Shown here: positions 43,470-55,939 of the stretch, in pieces | How the letters are laid out: every line of letters starts with the position of its first letter | Position numbering within the stretch: position 1 is the stretch's first letter | Assembly (NCBI GenBank): GCA_028284635.1 | Contig: JANQRJ010000001.1 | Span: forward strand, 30,624 to 94,623 | DNA from: Pelagicoccus sp. | Lineage (GTDB): Bacteria > Verrucomicrobiota > Verrucomicrobiia > Opitutales > Opitutaceae | Length of the DNA stretch: 64,000 bases | Direction: 5' to 3' | Position numbers and translations under genes: made by a program | The notes under the pieces: generated by a model | Database searches by the model: none | Told to the model about the DNA's origin: nothing | What the model saw: the letters and a program-made list of their open reading frames with translations, nothing else

Positions 43470-44945
43470 CTACGAAAAACGCTTCCAGAGCGAGGGCGAG
43501 AGGAGGGCGAGGATGGCGTAGAGCTCGAGGCGACCCATGATCATGAGCAGCGAGAGAAAGAGCTTGGTGTGGGGGTGCAGGAAGCCGAAGTTCTCCATGG
43601 GTCCGACTTCCGCGATCCCAGGACCGACGTTGAAGAAGCAGGCGTAGACGACGCTGAGATTGGTGTCGATCTTGTGGGTGGTTTCGAAGAGCGCGACGAT
43701 GACGATGGAGATGGAGATGACGCCGCCGATCAGTATCAGGTAATTGGTGACATCGGCGACTGCGCGATCGCTGATAATGTTGCCGTTGATGCGGATCTGC
43801 CTGACCACGCGAGTGCGGAACGAACGCTCGATACTGAGTACGGAGAGGCGCGCCGCGATTAGCAGTCGGGTCACTTTTATGCCTCCAGACGTCGAGCCGG
43901 TGCAGCCGCCGATGACCATTAGCAGTAGCAGGGTTATTTGCGGCAAGGCGGTCCACTCGGTGAAGTCCTCGGTGGAGAAGCCAGTCGTAGTCATGATCGA
44001 GACGGCTTGGAAGGTTCCGGCCCGGACTGCTTCGGAGAGGTCTTCGAAGGTTTCGTCCCAGGTCAGCGTACTGCTGATCAGCGTGGCGGCCAGCAGCAGC
44101 AGGATGAAGTAGGCGGCGAATTCCGTGTTGCGTTTCAGGAAGTTGAGACGGCCCATGCAGAGCCGCAGAATGAGCAGGAAGTTCAGGCCGGCGAGGGACA
44201 TGAAGACGATGGCCACCCACTCGATGGCCGGGTTTTCGAAGGCCCCGATGCTCTCGGACCGGGTGCTGAATCCGGCCGTCGAAACCGTGGTGAAGGTGTG
44301 GTTGATGGCGTCGAAGAGCGACATGCCCGCCAGCCAGTAGGATAGGCAACAGGCTGTTGAGAGTCCGAGGTAGACGTAGACGAGTCGGGCCACGGTGGTC
44401 TGGATGCGGCTTTCCTCGAACTCGCTCATCGAACCGGAGGCCTCGTTGGCGTAGAGCATCTTGGCGCCCACCCCTATGAAGCCCAGGATGGCGACGAAGA
44501 AGACTACGACCCCCATTCCGCCGATCCATTGACTCAAGGAACGCCAGAAAAGCAGGCTGGGCGGCAGGCGCTCGAGGTCGGAAAGCACGGAGGCTCCCGT
44601 GGTGGTGAGTCCGGAGGTACTCTCGAAGATGGCGCCGGAGAGGCCGGCTTCGGGCGTGAGAATGAGATAGGGGATCGATCCGACCAGGCTGGCGAGGAGC
44701 CAGCTTAGGCCGATGGTGCAGAGCGCTTCCTTGTGGAAGAACTTCCGGTTTTTTTCGCGTCCGACCCAGAAGAGCATCGCTGCGGCGAAGAGCGCTGTCC
44801 CTCCGGCTCCGATGAAGGCTCGCCGCGAGACGGGGTACTGATCGGGGTCCTCCATGCCGATCGCCACGCCGAGGCAGAGGGCGAAAGCGGCCGCCAGAAC
44901 AAGCATGACTAGTCCTAGCAGTTTGGATACGAGAGAGAAGTTCAC
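43470..44945 (-). CDS. trkH: Trk potassium uptake membrane protein
   Basis: FESTSGLTTTG, QWIGGMG, STAGFS, TTTGF, GCTGSTSGG, NVGPG, MGRLE. Confidence 0.95.
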   Translation of the reverse strand: MNFSLVSKLLGLVMLVLAAAFALCLGVAIGMEDPDQYPVSRRAFIGAGGTALFAAAMLFWVGREKNRKFFHKEALCTIGLSWLLASLVGSIPYLILTPEAGLSGAIFESTSGLTTTGASVLSDLERLPPSLLFWRSLSQWIGGMGVVVFFVAILGFIGVGAKMLYANEASGSMSEFEESRIQTTVARLVYVYLGLSTACCLSYWLAGMSLFDAINHTFTTVSTAGFSTRSESIGAFENPAIEWVAIVFMSLAGLNFLLILRLCMGRLNFLKRNTEFAAYFILLLLAATLISSTLTWDETFEDLSEAVRAGTFQAVSIMTTTGFSTEDFTEWTALPQITLLLLMVIGGCTGSTSGGIKVTRLLIAARLSVLSIERSFRTRVVRQIRINGNIISDRAVADVTNYLILIGGVISISIVIVALFETTHKIDTNLSVVYACFFNVGPGIAEVGPMENFGFLHPHTKLFLSLLMIMGRLELYAILALLSPSLWKRFS

Positions 44946-44976
44946 GGGGAGGAGGGCGCGGGTTGCGGCGGAGGGC

Positions 44977-46338
44977 TCACTTGGTGAGCTTGAGCAGCTC
45001 TTTTATGCGGCTGTTGCAGAGGACGGCGATGATGGAGTCTCCGGCTTGCAGGACGTCGTCGCCGGTAGGCGTCTTTGGTGTGTAGTTGTGCTCGTGGCCG
45101 ACGATGACGCACTCCTTTGGCCACTCGATATCTCGTATCCGTTTACCTGCGACGATCGACTTGGGAGCTATATCCAGTTCTATGATGCAATTGGCTCCGG
45201 TGGCGTCCAGGTGCTCGCCCTCGAGTTCGATGAAGGGCTTTTTGCCGATGTAGCGCAGGACTTCGTTGGTGGCGGCGATGCGGGGCGATACGGCGAGGTC
45301 GACGCCGAGCGAGGTGTTCAGCTTTTCCAGGATCTCGATGTAGTCGGCCCGGTTGATTGCGAGCATGGTGTGCTTGGCACCGAGTTTGAAGGCCTGCAGA
45401 CAGGTCATGATATTGTCCTCGTCGTCCTTGCGGCAGGCCACGAAGAAGTCGCTGTAGCCGACCTCCTCCTCCTCAAGCACGCGCAGAGAGGTGCCGTCGC
45501 CGTGGATCATAGTCACGCTCGGCAGGCGTTCGGCCAGAGAGTGGCAGAGCTTGAGGTCCTTCTCGATGATGCGGATCTGGAAGCGGGGATTCGAGAGCAG
45601 GCGGGCTAGGGAGATCGAGATCTCGGATCCGCTGAGCAGAGTGACGGAGATCTTTGCGGAGTCCTTGGAGGAGGGGTCGAAGAGCCCCTTTGCTTCGAAG
45701 AGGGCGTCGGGATGGCCGAAGATAGCGACCTGGTCGCCGGCGGCGAGAACGGTGTTGGCGTTGGCTACGATGTTCTGGCCGCCTCGCCCGACCAGCCCGA
45801 TGCGGATGTTGCCAGGCAGTCGTAGCTCCTTGAGGGGGATGTCGATCACCTGAGCTCCTGGCTGTATTTCGATGGATTTGACTTCGATCTGCCCTCGGCC
45901 GAAGTCCTCGACTGCTACGCGGCCGGGATTGCGGATGCGTTTGGCCAGCTCGACGGCGGCCAGGGCTTCTGGATTGACGAGGTGGTCGATGCCGAAGTGG
46001 CGTTGGTGGTTGATCAGGGAATTGTCGCGGTAGGTGGCGTCGTGGGCTCGGGCGAAAGTTTTCCTGGCTCCGAGGGCTTTGGCCAGGGAGGAGGAGACCA
46101 GGTTGGTCTCGTCGCTGCTGGTCATGGCGAGGAAGAAATCGCATTTGTTGGTTCCCGCCTTGAGCAGGGTGGAGGCGGAGCTGCCATTGCCTTTCACGAC
46201 TCGGATGTCGAGCGTGTCAGCCAGGGTTTTGGCCAGGGTCTCGTCGCGCTCGATGACCGTCACGTCGTGGTCCGCGACGCTCAAGGTCTCGCTCAGGTGG
46301 GTGCCGACTTCGCCGGCCCCTACGATTACGATCTTCAT
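44977..46338 (-). CDS. trkA: Trk potassium uptake NAD-binding subunit
   Basis: KIVIVGAGEVG; two RCK_N/RCK_C repeats. Confidence 0.95.
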   Translation of the reverse strand: MKIVIVGAGEVGTHLSETLSVADHDVTVIERDETLAKTLADTLDIRVVKGNGSSASTLLKAGTNKCDFFLAMTSSDETNLVSSSLAKALGARKTFARAHDATYRDNSLINHQRHFGIDHLVNPEALAAVELAKRIRNPGRVAVEDFGRGQIEVKSIEIQPGAQVIDIPLKELRLPGNIRIGLVGRGGQNIVANANTVLAAGDQVAIFGHPDALFEAKGLFDPSSKDSAKISVTLLSGSEISISLARLLSNPRFQIRIIEKDLKLCHSLAERLPSVTMIHGDGTSLRVLEEEEVGYSDFFVACRKDDEDNIMTCLQAFKLGAKHTMLAINRADYIEILEKLNTSLGVDLAVSPRIAATNEVLRYIGKKPFIELEGEHLDATGANCIIELDIAPKSIVAGKRIRDIEWPKECVIVGHEHNYTPKTPTGDDVLQAGDSIIAVLCNSRIKELLKLTK

Positions 46339-46428
46339 TGGCAAAAGCGTCTAGGAGATACCGTAAGGGGGAGCAAGGCTAGCTTTGCCGGGCGGGCTTC
46401 GGCGGGCGCGTTTCAAACGTTGTCCGGG

Positions 46429-46509
46429 CGTTCCAAACTCTTTCGAGTTCGGCTACCTCGACTGCACTGAACTAACCTTCAGTAGCCGAACTCGAAAGAG
46501 TTTGGAACG
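46429..46509. repeat. REP doublet, GTAGCCGAACTCG family
   Basis: 28-bp inverted repeat with 25-bp spacer. Confidence 0.9.
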
Positions 46510-46823
46510 CTCGGGCAAATTGAAAGACGACTCTTTCATTGAGACATACCCGGATGCGGCAAGCAGGAGCGGGTCTTTGCCGGGCGCTTATTTTCGCTCA
46601 TCGAGGAAAATCGACCAGTCGCTCAAAGTTGCTCGGGACCGATGGATGGCGGTTATCGATGAAATGAAATATTTTCATAAAACGATTTTATAACAAAAAA
46701 ATCAGTGATGCGAAAAAGCGGCCGAGAATTTTACTAAGTCCTTGTTCCGTAGAAGGAAGGATTGCTTCAGTCGTCGACTTTCCGGTCCCTGTGGCGCGGA
46801 TTTGTTCTCGATTCGATCCGTTT

Positions 46824-46839
46824 TGGCATGTGGGTGGCT
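46824..46839 (+). promoter_or_regulatory. Candidate sigma54 promoter TGGCATG-N4-TGGCT
   Basis: Correct GG(-24)/GC(-12) spacing, about 120 bp upstream of the nitrate operon, with an AT-rich tract upstream. Confidence 0.55.
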
Positions 46840-46956
46840 AAAGGGGACGGGTCTTTCGGAAAACCACGGTTTCTCGAAAATTCTTGTATTAATCATCCAA
46901 CTACGAGCTCGGGCAAAGCGAGCGCCAACAGACTCCAATCAAGCAAATAACTCATT

Positions 46957-48300
<1,344 letters not shown>

Positions 48301-48319
48301 TCTGAGACGTTGACGCTAT

Positions 48320-48364
48320 CGGAGGCGACGGAGCGACGCGGCTCGTGTCGCCTCCGGTTATTTT
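48320..48364 (+). terminator. Intercistronic stem-loop with T-rich tail after nrtA
   Basis: CGGAGGCGAC...GTCGCCTCCG followed by gttatttt. Confidence 0.6.
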
Positions 48365-48392
48365 ACACCCACTTTCAAACCACCAAAACCAG

Positions 48393-50021
48393 ATGACGGA
48401 GTCAAAGAAGGACGTAATCAAGTTCAAGATGCTCAAGGCGATAGACCTGAGCGGTTTCACCGTTTTCGATCCGGTCCTGCGCCTGGCATTCGGCGAGGAT
48501 CCGAAGAAGCAGTTCGGAAGCATCGTGAAGTACATATTCATCCCGATCGTCTTCGTGCTGACCTGTTTGTGGCTTTGGTCCTGGATCGCACCGCACCACA
48601 AGACGAAGTCCGGCGAAGTGCCGACGCCCAGGGACGTGCTCAACTCCGTCTCGGTCAACGACACCATTGCGGACCGCGAGGCCATCAAGAGCCAGGACTT
48701 CCTGCTCAGCGGCGAGAAACGGCAAGCCAGGCTCTCCGAAGTGAAGGCTCAGCACGCTGCCCTGAAGGCCGAGGTAGACCGTCTGCAGGCAATCGTGCAG
48801 ACGCGCGAAAAGGAGAAGGCGGATCGCGAAGCTGCTATCATCGCTCCGCTTTCCGAGCGCTACGAGGCACTGAGATCCGAATACCGGGAGGCGGGCAAGG
48901 AACGCGACAGGCTTATCGCCGAGCTTTCCGAAGACTTGGCCGCCGGTCGTATCCAAAAAATGGAGCTGACTGCCGCGATTAGAGAGGATGGGGAGATCTC
49001 CGATGTAGAACGCGAGGAACTGAACGCCCTGAAGTCCGAGATCGACGAAGTTCGCTCCCAGAAGTACAGGCCGCTTGAAATCGCTCGCAAGGAGTACGAC
49101 AGCATGGCGGACAAGCTGTTTTTCCTCGGAACCCGACTGGAGTTTCTCGAAGATCGGAATCTCAACGTCAGGCTCGACGAAGCAAGGTCTCGACTCGACG
49201 GATACATGGCCGATCTAGCGGCTGCCGAATCCGCTAAGGACGCTCTCAGACTCGCCAAGCGAGCCGTCAGGGCCGAGGAGAGCGTCGATCGACTTGAGGG
49301 CCAAGAGTACGCTTCGGCGGTCACTATCTACCACCAGACCAAGCGCTCGATCTTCACCGTTTTCATCGGATTTTTCATGGCCGCCTTCGTTGCCATTCCC
49401 GTTGGCATCATGTGTGGACTGAACAAGATTTTCATGGCCTGCATGACGCCGATCATCTCGGTCTTCAAACCGGTTTCGCCGGTCGTCTGGCTGCTCATCT
49501 TCCAGATCGTGGTCGGCGCGTTCTTTCCGGATCCGGAGACGCATCCCCTGTTCGTGACGCTCGGCAGTATTCCGTTCATCAGCTCGCTTGACGTGAATCC
49601 CGCTCTCATCTTTTCCGCCTGTACTGTGGCGATGTGCGCCGTGTGGCCTGCTCTGGTCAACACTGCTCTCGGGGTGGCTTCCATCGACCCGGACCACGTC
49701 AATGTGGCTCGCGTGCTGCGACTCGGCTTCTGGAACCGGCTCTTCAAGATCGTCATCCCTTCCGCTCTGCCGCTGGTATTCGCGGGCCTGCGTATCTCGC
49801 TTGGCGTCGGTTGGATGGTTCTTATCGCAGCCGAGGCTCTGTCCTCCTCCGACGGTTTGGGCAAGTTCGTCTGGGACGAATACCAGAACGGTTCTTCGCT
49901 CACCTTCGCCAACATCATCATGGTCTGTTTCGTAGTCGGTATCATCGGCTTCTTTCTCGACCGCATGATGATCATCCTGCAACGCCTCGTCTCCTTCGAT
50001 GGAAAGGGAGCCTCTGTATAG
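48393..50021 (+). CDS. nrtB: Nitrate ABC permease with long coiled-coil insertion
   Basis: [25 protein letters not shown] (EAA loop), [17 protein letters not shown]. Confidence 0.88.
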   Translation: MTESKKDVIKFKMLKAIDLSGFTVFDPVLRLAFGEDPKKQFGSIVKYIFIPIVFVLTCLWLWSWIAPHHKTKSGEVPTPRDVLNSVSVNDTIADREAIKSQDFLLSGEKRQARLSEVKAQHAALKAEVDRLQAIVQTREKEKADREAAIIAPLSERYEALRSEYREAGKERDRLIAELSEDLAAGRIQKMELTAAIREDGEISDVEREELNALKSEIDEVRSQKYRPLEIARKEYDSMADKLFFLGTRLEFLEDRNLNVRLDEARSRLDGYMADLAAAESAKDALRLAKRAVRAEESVDRLEGQEYASAVTIYHQTKRSIFTVFIGFFMAAFVAIPVGIMCGLNKIFMACMTPIISVFKPVSPVVWLLIFQIVVGAFFPDPETHPLFVTLGSIPFISSLDVNPALIFSACTVAMCAVWPALVNTALGVASIDPDHVNVARVLRLGFWNRLFKIVIPSALPLVFAGLRISLGVGWMVLIAAEALSSSDGLGKFVWDEYQNGSSLTFANIIMVCFVVGIIGFFLDRMMIILQRLVSFDGKGASV

Positions 50022-50039
50022 AAATTTCAATTACACAAC

Positions 50040-50094
50040 GTAGCCGCGTTCGTGAGAACGCGAAAAAGGAACGCGTTCTCACGAACGCGGCTAT
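50040..50094. repeat. REP doublet GTAGCCGCGTTCGTGAGAACGCG
   Basis: 23-bp inverted arms with a 9-bp spacer. Confidence 0.88.
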
Positions 50095-50124
50095 GAGAAT
50101 CTAGATACGCAACCTTCGAAAATA

Positions 50125-50970
50125 ATGGCCTACTTGGAACTAGACAATGTATCGATCGGCTTCGGTCCGCCGGACAACCGTGTGGATGTCCTCAAGGATG
50201 TCTCGCTTTCCGTCGAGGAAAACGAATTCGTGGCGATCATCGGTTTTTCCGGCAGCGGCAAGAGCACCTTGATGTCGCTGCTTGCCGGCCTGCAAAAGCC
50301 GGACACGGGTGAAGTGCGTATTCATGGCAACGTGATTACCGAGCCTGGTCCGCAGCTTGGCATCATGTTTCAAAACTACTCGTTGCTGCCTTGGCTCACC
50401 GTTTTCGGCAACATCGAGCTGGCTGTCCACCAAGTCTTTCCCGAACTCTCCAAGGCCGCCCTCAAGGAGCATGTCGAGCATTACGTCGAGATGGTCAGTC
50501 TCACGCCCGCTCTCGCTAAACGTCCGAGCGAGCTTTCCGGCGGTATGCGGCAACGCGTTTCCTTGGCCCGTACCTTGGCCATGCGGCCGGAAATCCTGCT
50601 GCTCGACGAGCCGCTCAGCGCCCTCGACGCTCTCACGCGTGCCGTCCTGCAGGACGAGATCATCCGCATCTGGGAAGAGGACAAGCGCACCGTGCTCATG
50701 ATCACCAACGACGTGGACGAAGCCACTCTGATGGCCGACCGCATCGTGCCGCTCACGTTAGGACCGTCCGCTACCTTGGCTGAGGAGTTCGCCGTGACTC
50801 TGGACCGTCCTCGCGATCGGGCGAATCTCAACAAGAACCCCGAATTTATGAAGCTGAAAAACGCCGTCACCCAATTCATGGTCGGCATGAACACCGAAGC
50901 TCGCGAAACGAAGGTGGCCCCGACCATCAGCATGCCCGACGTCAAGCCGATGGACTTCAGCGCCGCGTAA
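50125..50970 (+). CDS. nrtC: Nitrate ABC ATP-binding protein
   Basis: [29 protein letters not shown]. Confidence 0.9.
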   Translation: MAYLELDNVSIGFGPPDNRVDVLKDVSLSVEENEFVAIIGFSGSGKSTLMSLLAGLQKPDTGEVRIHGNVITEPGPQLGIMFQNYSLLPWLTVFGNIELAVHQVFPELSKAALKEHVEHYVEMVSLTPALAKRPSELSGGMRQRVSLARTLAMRPEILLLDEPLSALDALTRAVLQDEIIRIWEEDKRTVLMITNDVDEATLMADRIVPLTLGPSATLAEEFAVTLDRPRDRANLNKNPEFMKLKNAVTQFMVGMNTEARETKVAPTISMPDVKPMDFSAA

Positions 50971-50998
50971 CGAAAACCCGAATACATCAAGCAAGATC

Positions 50999-51817
50999 AT
51001 GCGCGAAGACAGATACGTAGAGCTCTTTGAAGTCGTCAAAGCCTATCCGAATCCCTTTGGCCAGGCCATCAAGGTAGTGGACGGCTTTGACCTCACCATG
51101 ACCCAGGGCGAATTCATCAGCGTGATCGGCCACTCCGGCTGCGGCAAGTCGACCGTGCTTACCATGATCGCCGGGCTCAATGAGATAACCTCCGGCGGTA
51201 TAGTCGTGGCCGGCCGCGAAGTAGTTGGTCCTGGCCCGGATCGCGCCGTAGTCTTTCAAGCCCCCTGTCTCCTGCCTTGGATGACTGCCTTCGACAATGT
51301 CGCTCTCGGCGTCAATCAGGTCTACCCCCACGCAAGCAAGGCTGATCGGGCCCAGATCGTGGAGTATTCGCTCAACGTGGTCGGCCTGGCCGATTCGATG
51401 CAGAAGTATCCGCGCGAGATGTCGGGCGGCATGCAGCAACGCGTCGGGATCGCCCGAGCCATCGCTCTCAAGCCGAAGATGCTGCTGCTCGACGAGCCCT
51501 TTGGCCGACTCGATTCCCTTACCCGCATGGAGCTGCAGGACGTGATTCTCAACATCCTCAACTTCGAGAAGATCACCACTATGATGATCACCCACGATCC
51601 TGACGAGGCGGTCTACATGTCCGACCGCATCTGCATGATGACCAACGGTCCGGGGGCCAAGGTGGGGGAGGTCATGGAGATCGGTTTCGAGCGTCCGCGC
51701 AACCGTGCCGAAATCATGAATACGGCGGAGTTCTACGAATACCGCCGTAGACTCCTCCAGTTCCTCGACGAATGCGAACACGAGAAGGTCGAGCGGGCGA
51801 AGAAGGCCGCAGGCTGA
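50999..51817 (+). CDS. nrtD: Nitrate ABC ATP-binding protein
   Basis: [27 protein letters not shown]. Confidence 0.9.
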   Translation: MREDRYVELFEVVKAYPNPFGQAIKVVDGFDLTMTQGEFISVIGHSGCGKSTVLTMIAGLNEITSGGIVVAGREVVGPGPDRAVVFQAPCLLPWMTAFDNVALGVNQVYPHASKADRAQIVEYSLNVVGLADSMQKYPREMSGGMQQRVGIARAIALKPKMLLLDEPFGRLDSLTRMELQDVILNILNFEKITTMMITHDPDEAVYMSDRICMMTNGPGAKVGEVMEIGFERPRNRAEIMNTAEFYEYRRRLLQFLDECEHEKVERAKKAAG

Positions 51818-51821
51818 TCGG

Positions 51822-51890
51822 CTGGGAACGCGGGCGGCCCGCCCGCAGCTTTCCGAAGGGATGAATGCAGGCGAGCCGCCCGCGTTTCTG
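51822..51890. repeat. REP doublet, CTGGGAACGCGGGCGG family
   Basis: Homologous to 11322-11393. Confidence 0.85.
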
Positions 51891-52003
51891 GATTTATGAA
51901 TGAAATTCAACAAACACTGAAAAACTTCGAGCGGAATTAATTTGATCAACTCCCCCCTTTGGCGCGCCCGACGCTAGGGTAGCCACCAGAAACGCGACTC
52001 GCC

Positions 52004-53545
52004 ATGAGCGATCTTATCGAACTGACAGACAAGACCTTGATCGACCTGCTGCTGGAGGAGCAACAGGAGATCGACACGCCGGTCGGTCGTCTGGCGGAGT
52101 CGGCGAAACAGGCCGAAGCCCGGTCCGCCGGCACTGGCGCTCAATCCTACCAGAGTCTGATCCCGCTCTCCGCGCCCGGTCTGGGTCAGCAGCTCGCTTT
52201 CGAGGTGAATCTCGACAAGTGCTCTGGCTGCAAAGGTTGCGTGACGGCCTGCCACAGTCTCAACGGCCTGGATGAAAACGAGACCTGGCGCGACGCTGGT
52301 CTGCTGGTCGGCGGGACGGTGGCCCATCCCTTTCAGCAGACGGTGACCACCGCTTGCCACCACTGCGTCGAGCCCGCCTGCCTCATTGGCTGCCCAGTCA
52401 AAGCCTACGAAAAGGATCCTGTATCCGGAATTGTGATGCACCTGGACGACCAGTGCATCGGTTGCCAGTACTGCGTGCTGAAATGCCCGTATGACGTTCC
52501 CAAATACAGCGAAAGTCGCGGCATCGTGCGCAAGTGCGACATGTGCCAGTCCCGCCTTTCCGTCGGCGAGGCTCCTGCCTGTGTGCAAGCCTGCCCGCAC
52601 GAGGCCATCGCCATCGTCACGGTGGAAAAGAGCGAGAGCGAAGCCGCTGCCGCTGCTGGCGAGTTTCTGCCTGGCGCTCCGGAGCCGAGCTACACGGTGC
52701 CGACTACCCGCTATGTTTCGAAAAATCCATTGCCGTCCGAGCTTGAGGCCGGCGATGCTAACGCTTTGCGCCCGCAGCCCTTGCACGGACCGTTGGTGGC
52801 GATGCTGACGCTTTCCCAGTTCGGCGTTGGCGGGTTTCTGGCGGCTGCGTTTTTCGGGGAAGCCGCGAGCCTCAGTCTGCTCGGAGCTTCCTGGCTGCTC
52901 CTGCATGTCGGCTTGGCTGCCAGCGTGCTGCATCTGGGCCAGCCACTGAAAGCGTGGCGAATTTTCCTTGGTCTTCGGACCTCTTGGCTGAGTCGCGAAG
53001 CGGTAGTCTTTGGCGTCTGCTCGCCGATAGCCACTGCAACAGTCCTGGCTGGCGTCTACGAAGTTTGGATACGCGAGACGATTTTCGCAACCTTGGCTCT
53101 AGGCCTGATCGGAGTGCTAACTTCGGTGTTCATCTACTCCGACACCCGTCGCAGCTTCTGGCGGTTTCCCTACGCGGCTGCCAGATTTTTCGGAAGCGTC
53201 TTGGCGGGCGGCTTGGCTTTGGCGGCCTGTTTTCAAGTCGACGCGACGGCATCTCTCGGCTTGCTGGCGGTCGGTGTGGCCAAGCTTGGCAGCGAGCTGG
53301 TTGCGATGCGTGAAAACGAGACCACGCGGCGTCTGCTCGCCGGTCCGTTGTCTCGGCTCTGGATCGCTCGGCTTGTGTCGGGGGTCGTTGGATACGTTGT
53401 CCTTCCGATCCTGCTCGTCCTCTCTCCCTCCCTCGCTCTGGCGGTAGCGACCCTCCTCGCGGTGATGGGCGGCGAGGTTCTAGAGCGAGCCTTGTTTTTC
53501 CGCGCCGTCAACGCGGCGAAAATGCCGGGAGGTCTTTCGCTATGA
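52004..53545 (+). CDS. DmsB-like 4x[4Fe-4S] domain fused to DmsC/YnfH membrane anchor
   Basis: CSGCKGC, CHHCVEPAC, CIGCQYC, KCDMC...CVQACP; then HLGQP, SWLSRE and multiple TM helices. Confidence 0.9.
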   Translation: MSDLIELTDKTLIDLLLEEQQEIDTPVGRLAESAKQAEARSAGTGAQSYQSLIPLSAPGLGQQLAFEVNLDKCSGCKGCVTACHSLNGLDENETWRDAGLLVGGTVAHPFQQTVTTACHHCVEPACLIGCPVKAYEKDPVSGIVMHLDDQCIGCQYCVLKCPYDVPKYSESRGIVRKCDMCQSRLSVGEAPACVQACPHEAIAIVTVEKSESEAAAAAGEFLPGAPEPSYTVPTTRYVSKNPLPSELEAGDANALRPQPLHGPLVAMLTLSQFGVGGFLAAAFFGEAASLSLLGASWLLLHVGLAASVLHLGQPLKAWRIFLGLRTSWLSREAVVFGVCSPIATATVLAGVYEVWIRETIFATLALGLIGVLTSVFIYSDTRRSFWRFPYAAARFFGSVLAGGLALAACFQVDATASLGLLAVGVAKLGSELVAMRENETTRRLLAGPLSRLWIARLVSGVVGYVVLPILLVLSPSLALAVATLLAVMGGEVLERALFFRAVNAAKMPGGLSL

Positions 53546-53729
53546 CATCGAGTTCCATAGTCGAGTGCCTTGCAAGGGCTGGCGAGGCGCGATTTTCGGG
53601 GAGCGCACGCGTCTCGCGTGCCGACTTGGGCGTCTCGCCCAAGTCTCTCATCCGTCTGCAATTCGTCCTGGGCGAGACGCCCAGGACTGCCCGCGAGACG
53701 CGGGCGCTCCCCGGATATTATCGCTATGA
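53537..53729. repeat. REP-doublet insert flanked by 9-bp direct repeats TCGCTATGA
   Basis: Direct repeats at 53537-53545 and 53721-53729; arms GGGGAGCGCACGCGTCTCGCGTGC (53598-53621) and its inverse (53689-53712), with inner GGGCGTCTCGCCC palindromes. Confidence 0.8.
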
Positions 53730-55939
53730 GTAATCTCGTTCCAAATCGCCCCGAAAAGAACACCCTGTTGCGCGAGTGGACAGGACCGCAGACCAAGGAC
53801 CTGGTTCTCAATCCTGGCGGCTTCGGCCTCGGGAAAGTGCCAGCCCAGACTCGCCCGGACGCCACGGTGGATTCGGTTTGCGGATACTGCGCCACCGGCT
53901 GTTCGCTCAAGGTTCACTTGCGTGACGGCGAAGGCGTCAATCTCAGCGGGACCTCCGAATATCCCGTGAATCTAGGCATGGCCTGTCCGAAGGGCTGGGA
54001 GGCCTTGAGCGTCTTGGATTCCTCGGATCGGGCTACTCAGCCGCTACTCAGAGGAGCCGATGGTCAGCTTGCTCCAGTTGGCTGGGACGTCGCGGCCAGG
54101 GAATTCGTCAATCGTTTTAAAGCGGTAAAGGAGACCTATGGAGGCGAAAGCCTCGCCTGGCTTGGCACGGGGCAGATCACGGTTGAGGAGCTTGCCTACC
54201 TCGGCGCTCTCGGACGATTTGGCATGGGCTTCCGTCATGGCGACGGCAATACGCGGCAGTGCATGGCCACGGCGGTGGCTGCCTACAAGCAGTCCTTCGG
54301 CTTCGATGCCCCGCCGTACACGTATCAGGATTTCGAGGAGTCCGACGTGCTGGTATTCGTCGGGGCGAATCCCTGCATTACGCACCCAATCATGTGGCAG
54401 CGCGTCATGCGAAATCCTCACCAGCCGCAGATAGTCGTCATCGATCCTCGGAAGACGGAAACGGCGATGGCGGGTACGCAGCACTACGCCCTCTCTCCGA
54501 AGTCCGACCTCATTCTCTTCTACGGCATCGCCCGTCTGCTCATCGAAAACGGCTGCATCGACGAAGCCTTTCTGGAGGGCAGCGTTACGGGCTTCGCGGA
54601 ATTCAAGAGCTTCGTCGACCAGTTCTCGCTGGGATATGTATCCGATGTTTCAGGACTGACGGTGGAGGATGTCAAGTTGCTGGCGAAAACCATCGGGGAG
54701 GGGAAACGCGTTTCCCTGTGGTGGACCATGGGCGTCAATCAGAGCCACGAGGGTACGCGGCTTGCTCAGGCGATTATAAACATCGCTCTGCTCACCGGGA
54801 ATATAGGTCGGCCAGGCACCGGAGCGAACTCCATCACCGGGCAGTGCAATGCCATGGGTTCGCGGCTCTTCTCCAACACGTCCGGCCTGATCGGCGGCCA
54901 CGATTTCGTCAACGCGGAGCACCGCAGCAAGGTAGCGGCCGAGCTAGGCATCGACGAGTCGGTCATTCCGGATTCGCCCGGGTATGCTTACGACCAGATA
55001 GTAGCCGGCATCGAGACGGGCGAGATCAAGGGGCTTTGGATAGTGGCAACCAATTCCTCCCATTCCTGGATCGGTCAGGACCGTTTCAAAGAGGCTATTG
55101 GCAAGCTCGAATTCCTCGTGGTGCAAGACATGTATAGCAACACGGAGACGGCGATCGAAGCGGATCTCGTTCTGCCTGCCGCTGGCTGGGGGGAAAAGGA
55201 AGGTTCCTTCATCAATTCCGAGCGCCGTATTGGCCGCACCCGAAAGGTTCGTCGAGCGCCGGGCCAGGCTCTGTCCGACTTCAATATCTTCCGACTGCTG
55301 GCAGGGGCGTGGGGTTGCGGGGATGTCTTCGCCGACTGGGATACTCCGGAGAACGTATTCAAGAAGTTGGGTCAGCTCACTGCGGGTAGACCCTGCGATA
55401 TTTCCGGCATTGCCGACTATGCTGAGCTGGAGAGAGCTGGCGGCATCCAGTGGCCGTTTGCCCGACAGCAGGAAGATCGTTCCCAGCAGCGGCGTCTCTT
55501 TGCCGACGGCGTCTTCTACCATGCGGATGGCAAGGCTAAGCTGATCTTCGAGACGCCTCGCTCCGTGGCCGAGACCACGAGTCGAGACTACCCTTTCGTA
55601 TTGCTGACCGGTCGCGGCACCTCTTCCCAATGGCATACGCAGACGCGTACCGGCAAATCCGACGTGCTGCGCAAGCTGTACCCTGAAAGCAACTACGTGG
55701 AGATCAATCCTATCGATGCGGGCGTTCTCGGCATCGCCAAGGGCGACCTTGTGGAAGTCGCCTCCGAGCGAGCCTCCATTCGCGTTTCGGCCTACGTCAC
55801 GCCTACCGTCAAAAGCGGTCAGCTTTTCGTGCCCATGCACTACCAGGACACGAATCGGCTGACCAATCCCTCGTTCGACCCCTACTCACGTCAACCTTCC
55901 TACAAGCACTGCGCGGTCGCGGTGCGCAAACTGCCATGA
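53726..55939 (+). CDS. Assimilatory nitrate reductase catalytic subunit (Mo-bisPGD, NasA/NarB-like)
   Basis: CGYCATGC...CPKG Fe-S motif, [45 protein letters not shown]. Confidence 0.9.
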   Translation: MSNLVPNRPEKNTLLREWTGPQTKDLVLNPGGFGLGKVPAQTRPDATVDSVCGYCATGCSLKVHLRDGEGVNLSGTSEYPVNLGMACPKGWEALSVLDSSDRATQPLLRGADGQLAPVGWDVAAREFVNRFKAVKETYGGESLAWLGTGQITVEELAYLGALGRFGMGFRHGDGNTRQCMATAVAAYKQSFGFDAPPYTYQDFEESDVLVFVGANPCITHPIMWQRVMRNPHQPQIVVIDPRKTETAMAGTQHYALSPKSDLILFYGIARLLIENGCIDEAFLEGSVTGFAEFKSFVDQFSLGYVSDVSGLTVEDVKLLAKTIGEGKRVSLWWTMGVNQSHEGTRLAQAIINIALLTGNIGRPGTGANSITGQCNAMGSRLFSNTSGLIGGHDFVNAEHRSKVAAELGIDESVIPDSPGYAYDQIVAGIETGEIKGLWIVATNSSHSWIGQDRFKEAIGKLEFLVVQDMYSNTETAIEADLVLPAAGWGEKEGSFINSERRIGRTRKVRRAPGQALSDFNIFRLLAGAWGCGDVFADWDTPENVFKKLGQLTAGRPCDISGIADYAELERAGGIQWPFARQQEDRSQQRRLFADGVFYHADGKAKLIFETPRSVAETTSRDYPFVLLTGRGTSSQWHTQTRTGKSDVLRKLYPESNYVEINPIDAGVLGIAKGDLVEVASERASIRVSAYVTPTVKSGQLFVPMHYQDTNRLTNPSFDPYSRQPSYKHCAVAVRKLP

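Noticed and set aside
45000-46344. trkAH, sulP, BASS, aspT, corC, sua5 and phoH-ybeY blocks as novel systems
   Set aside because: Ordinary, well-known families in common arrangements
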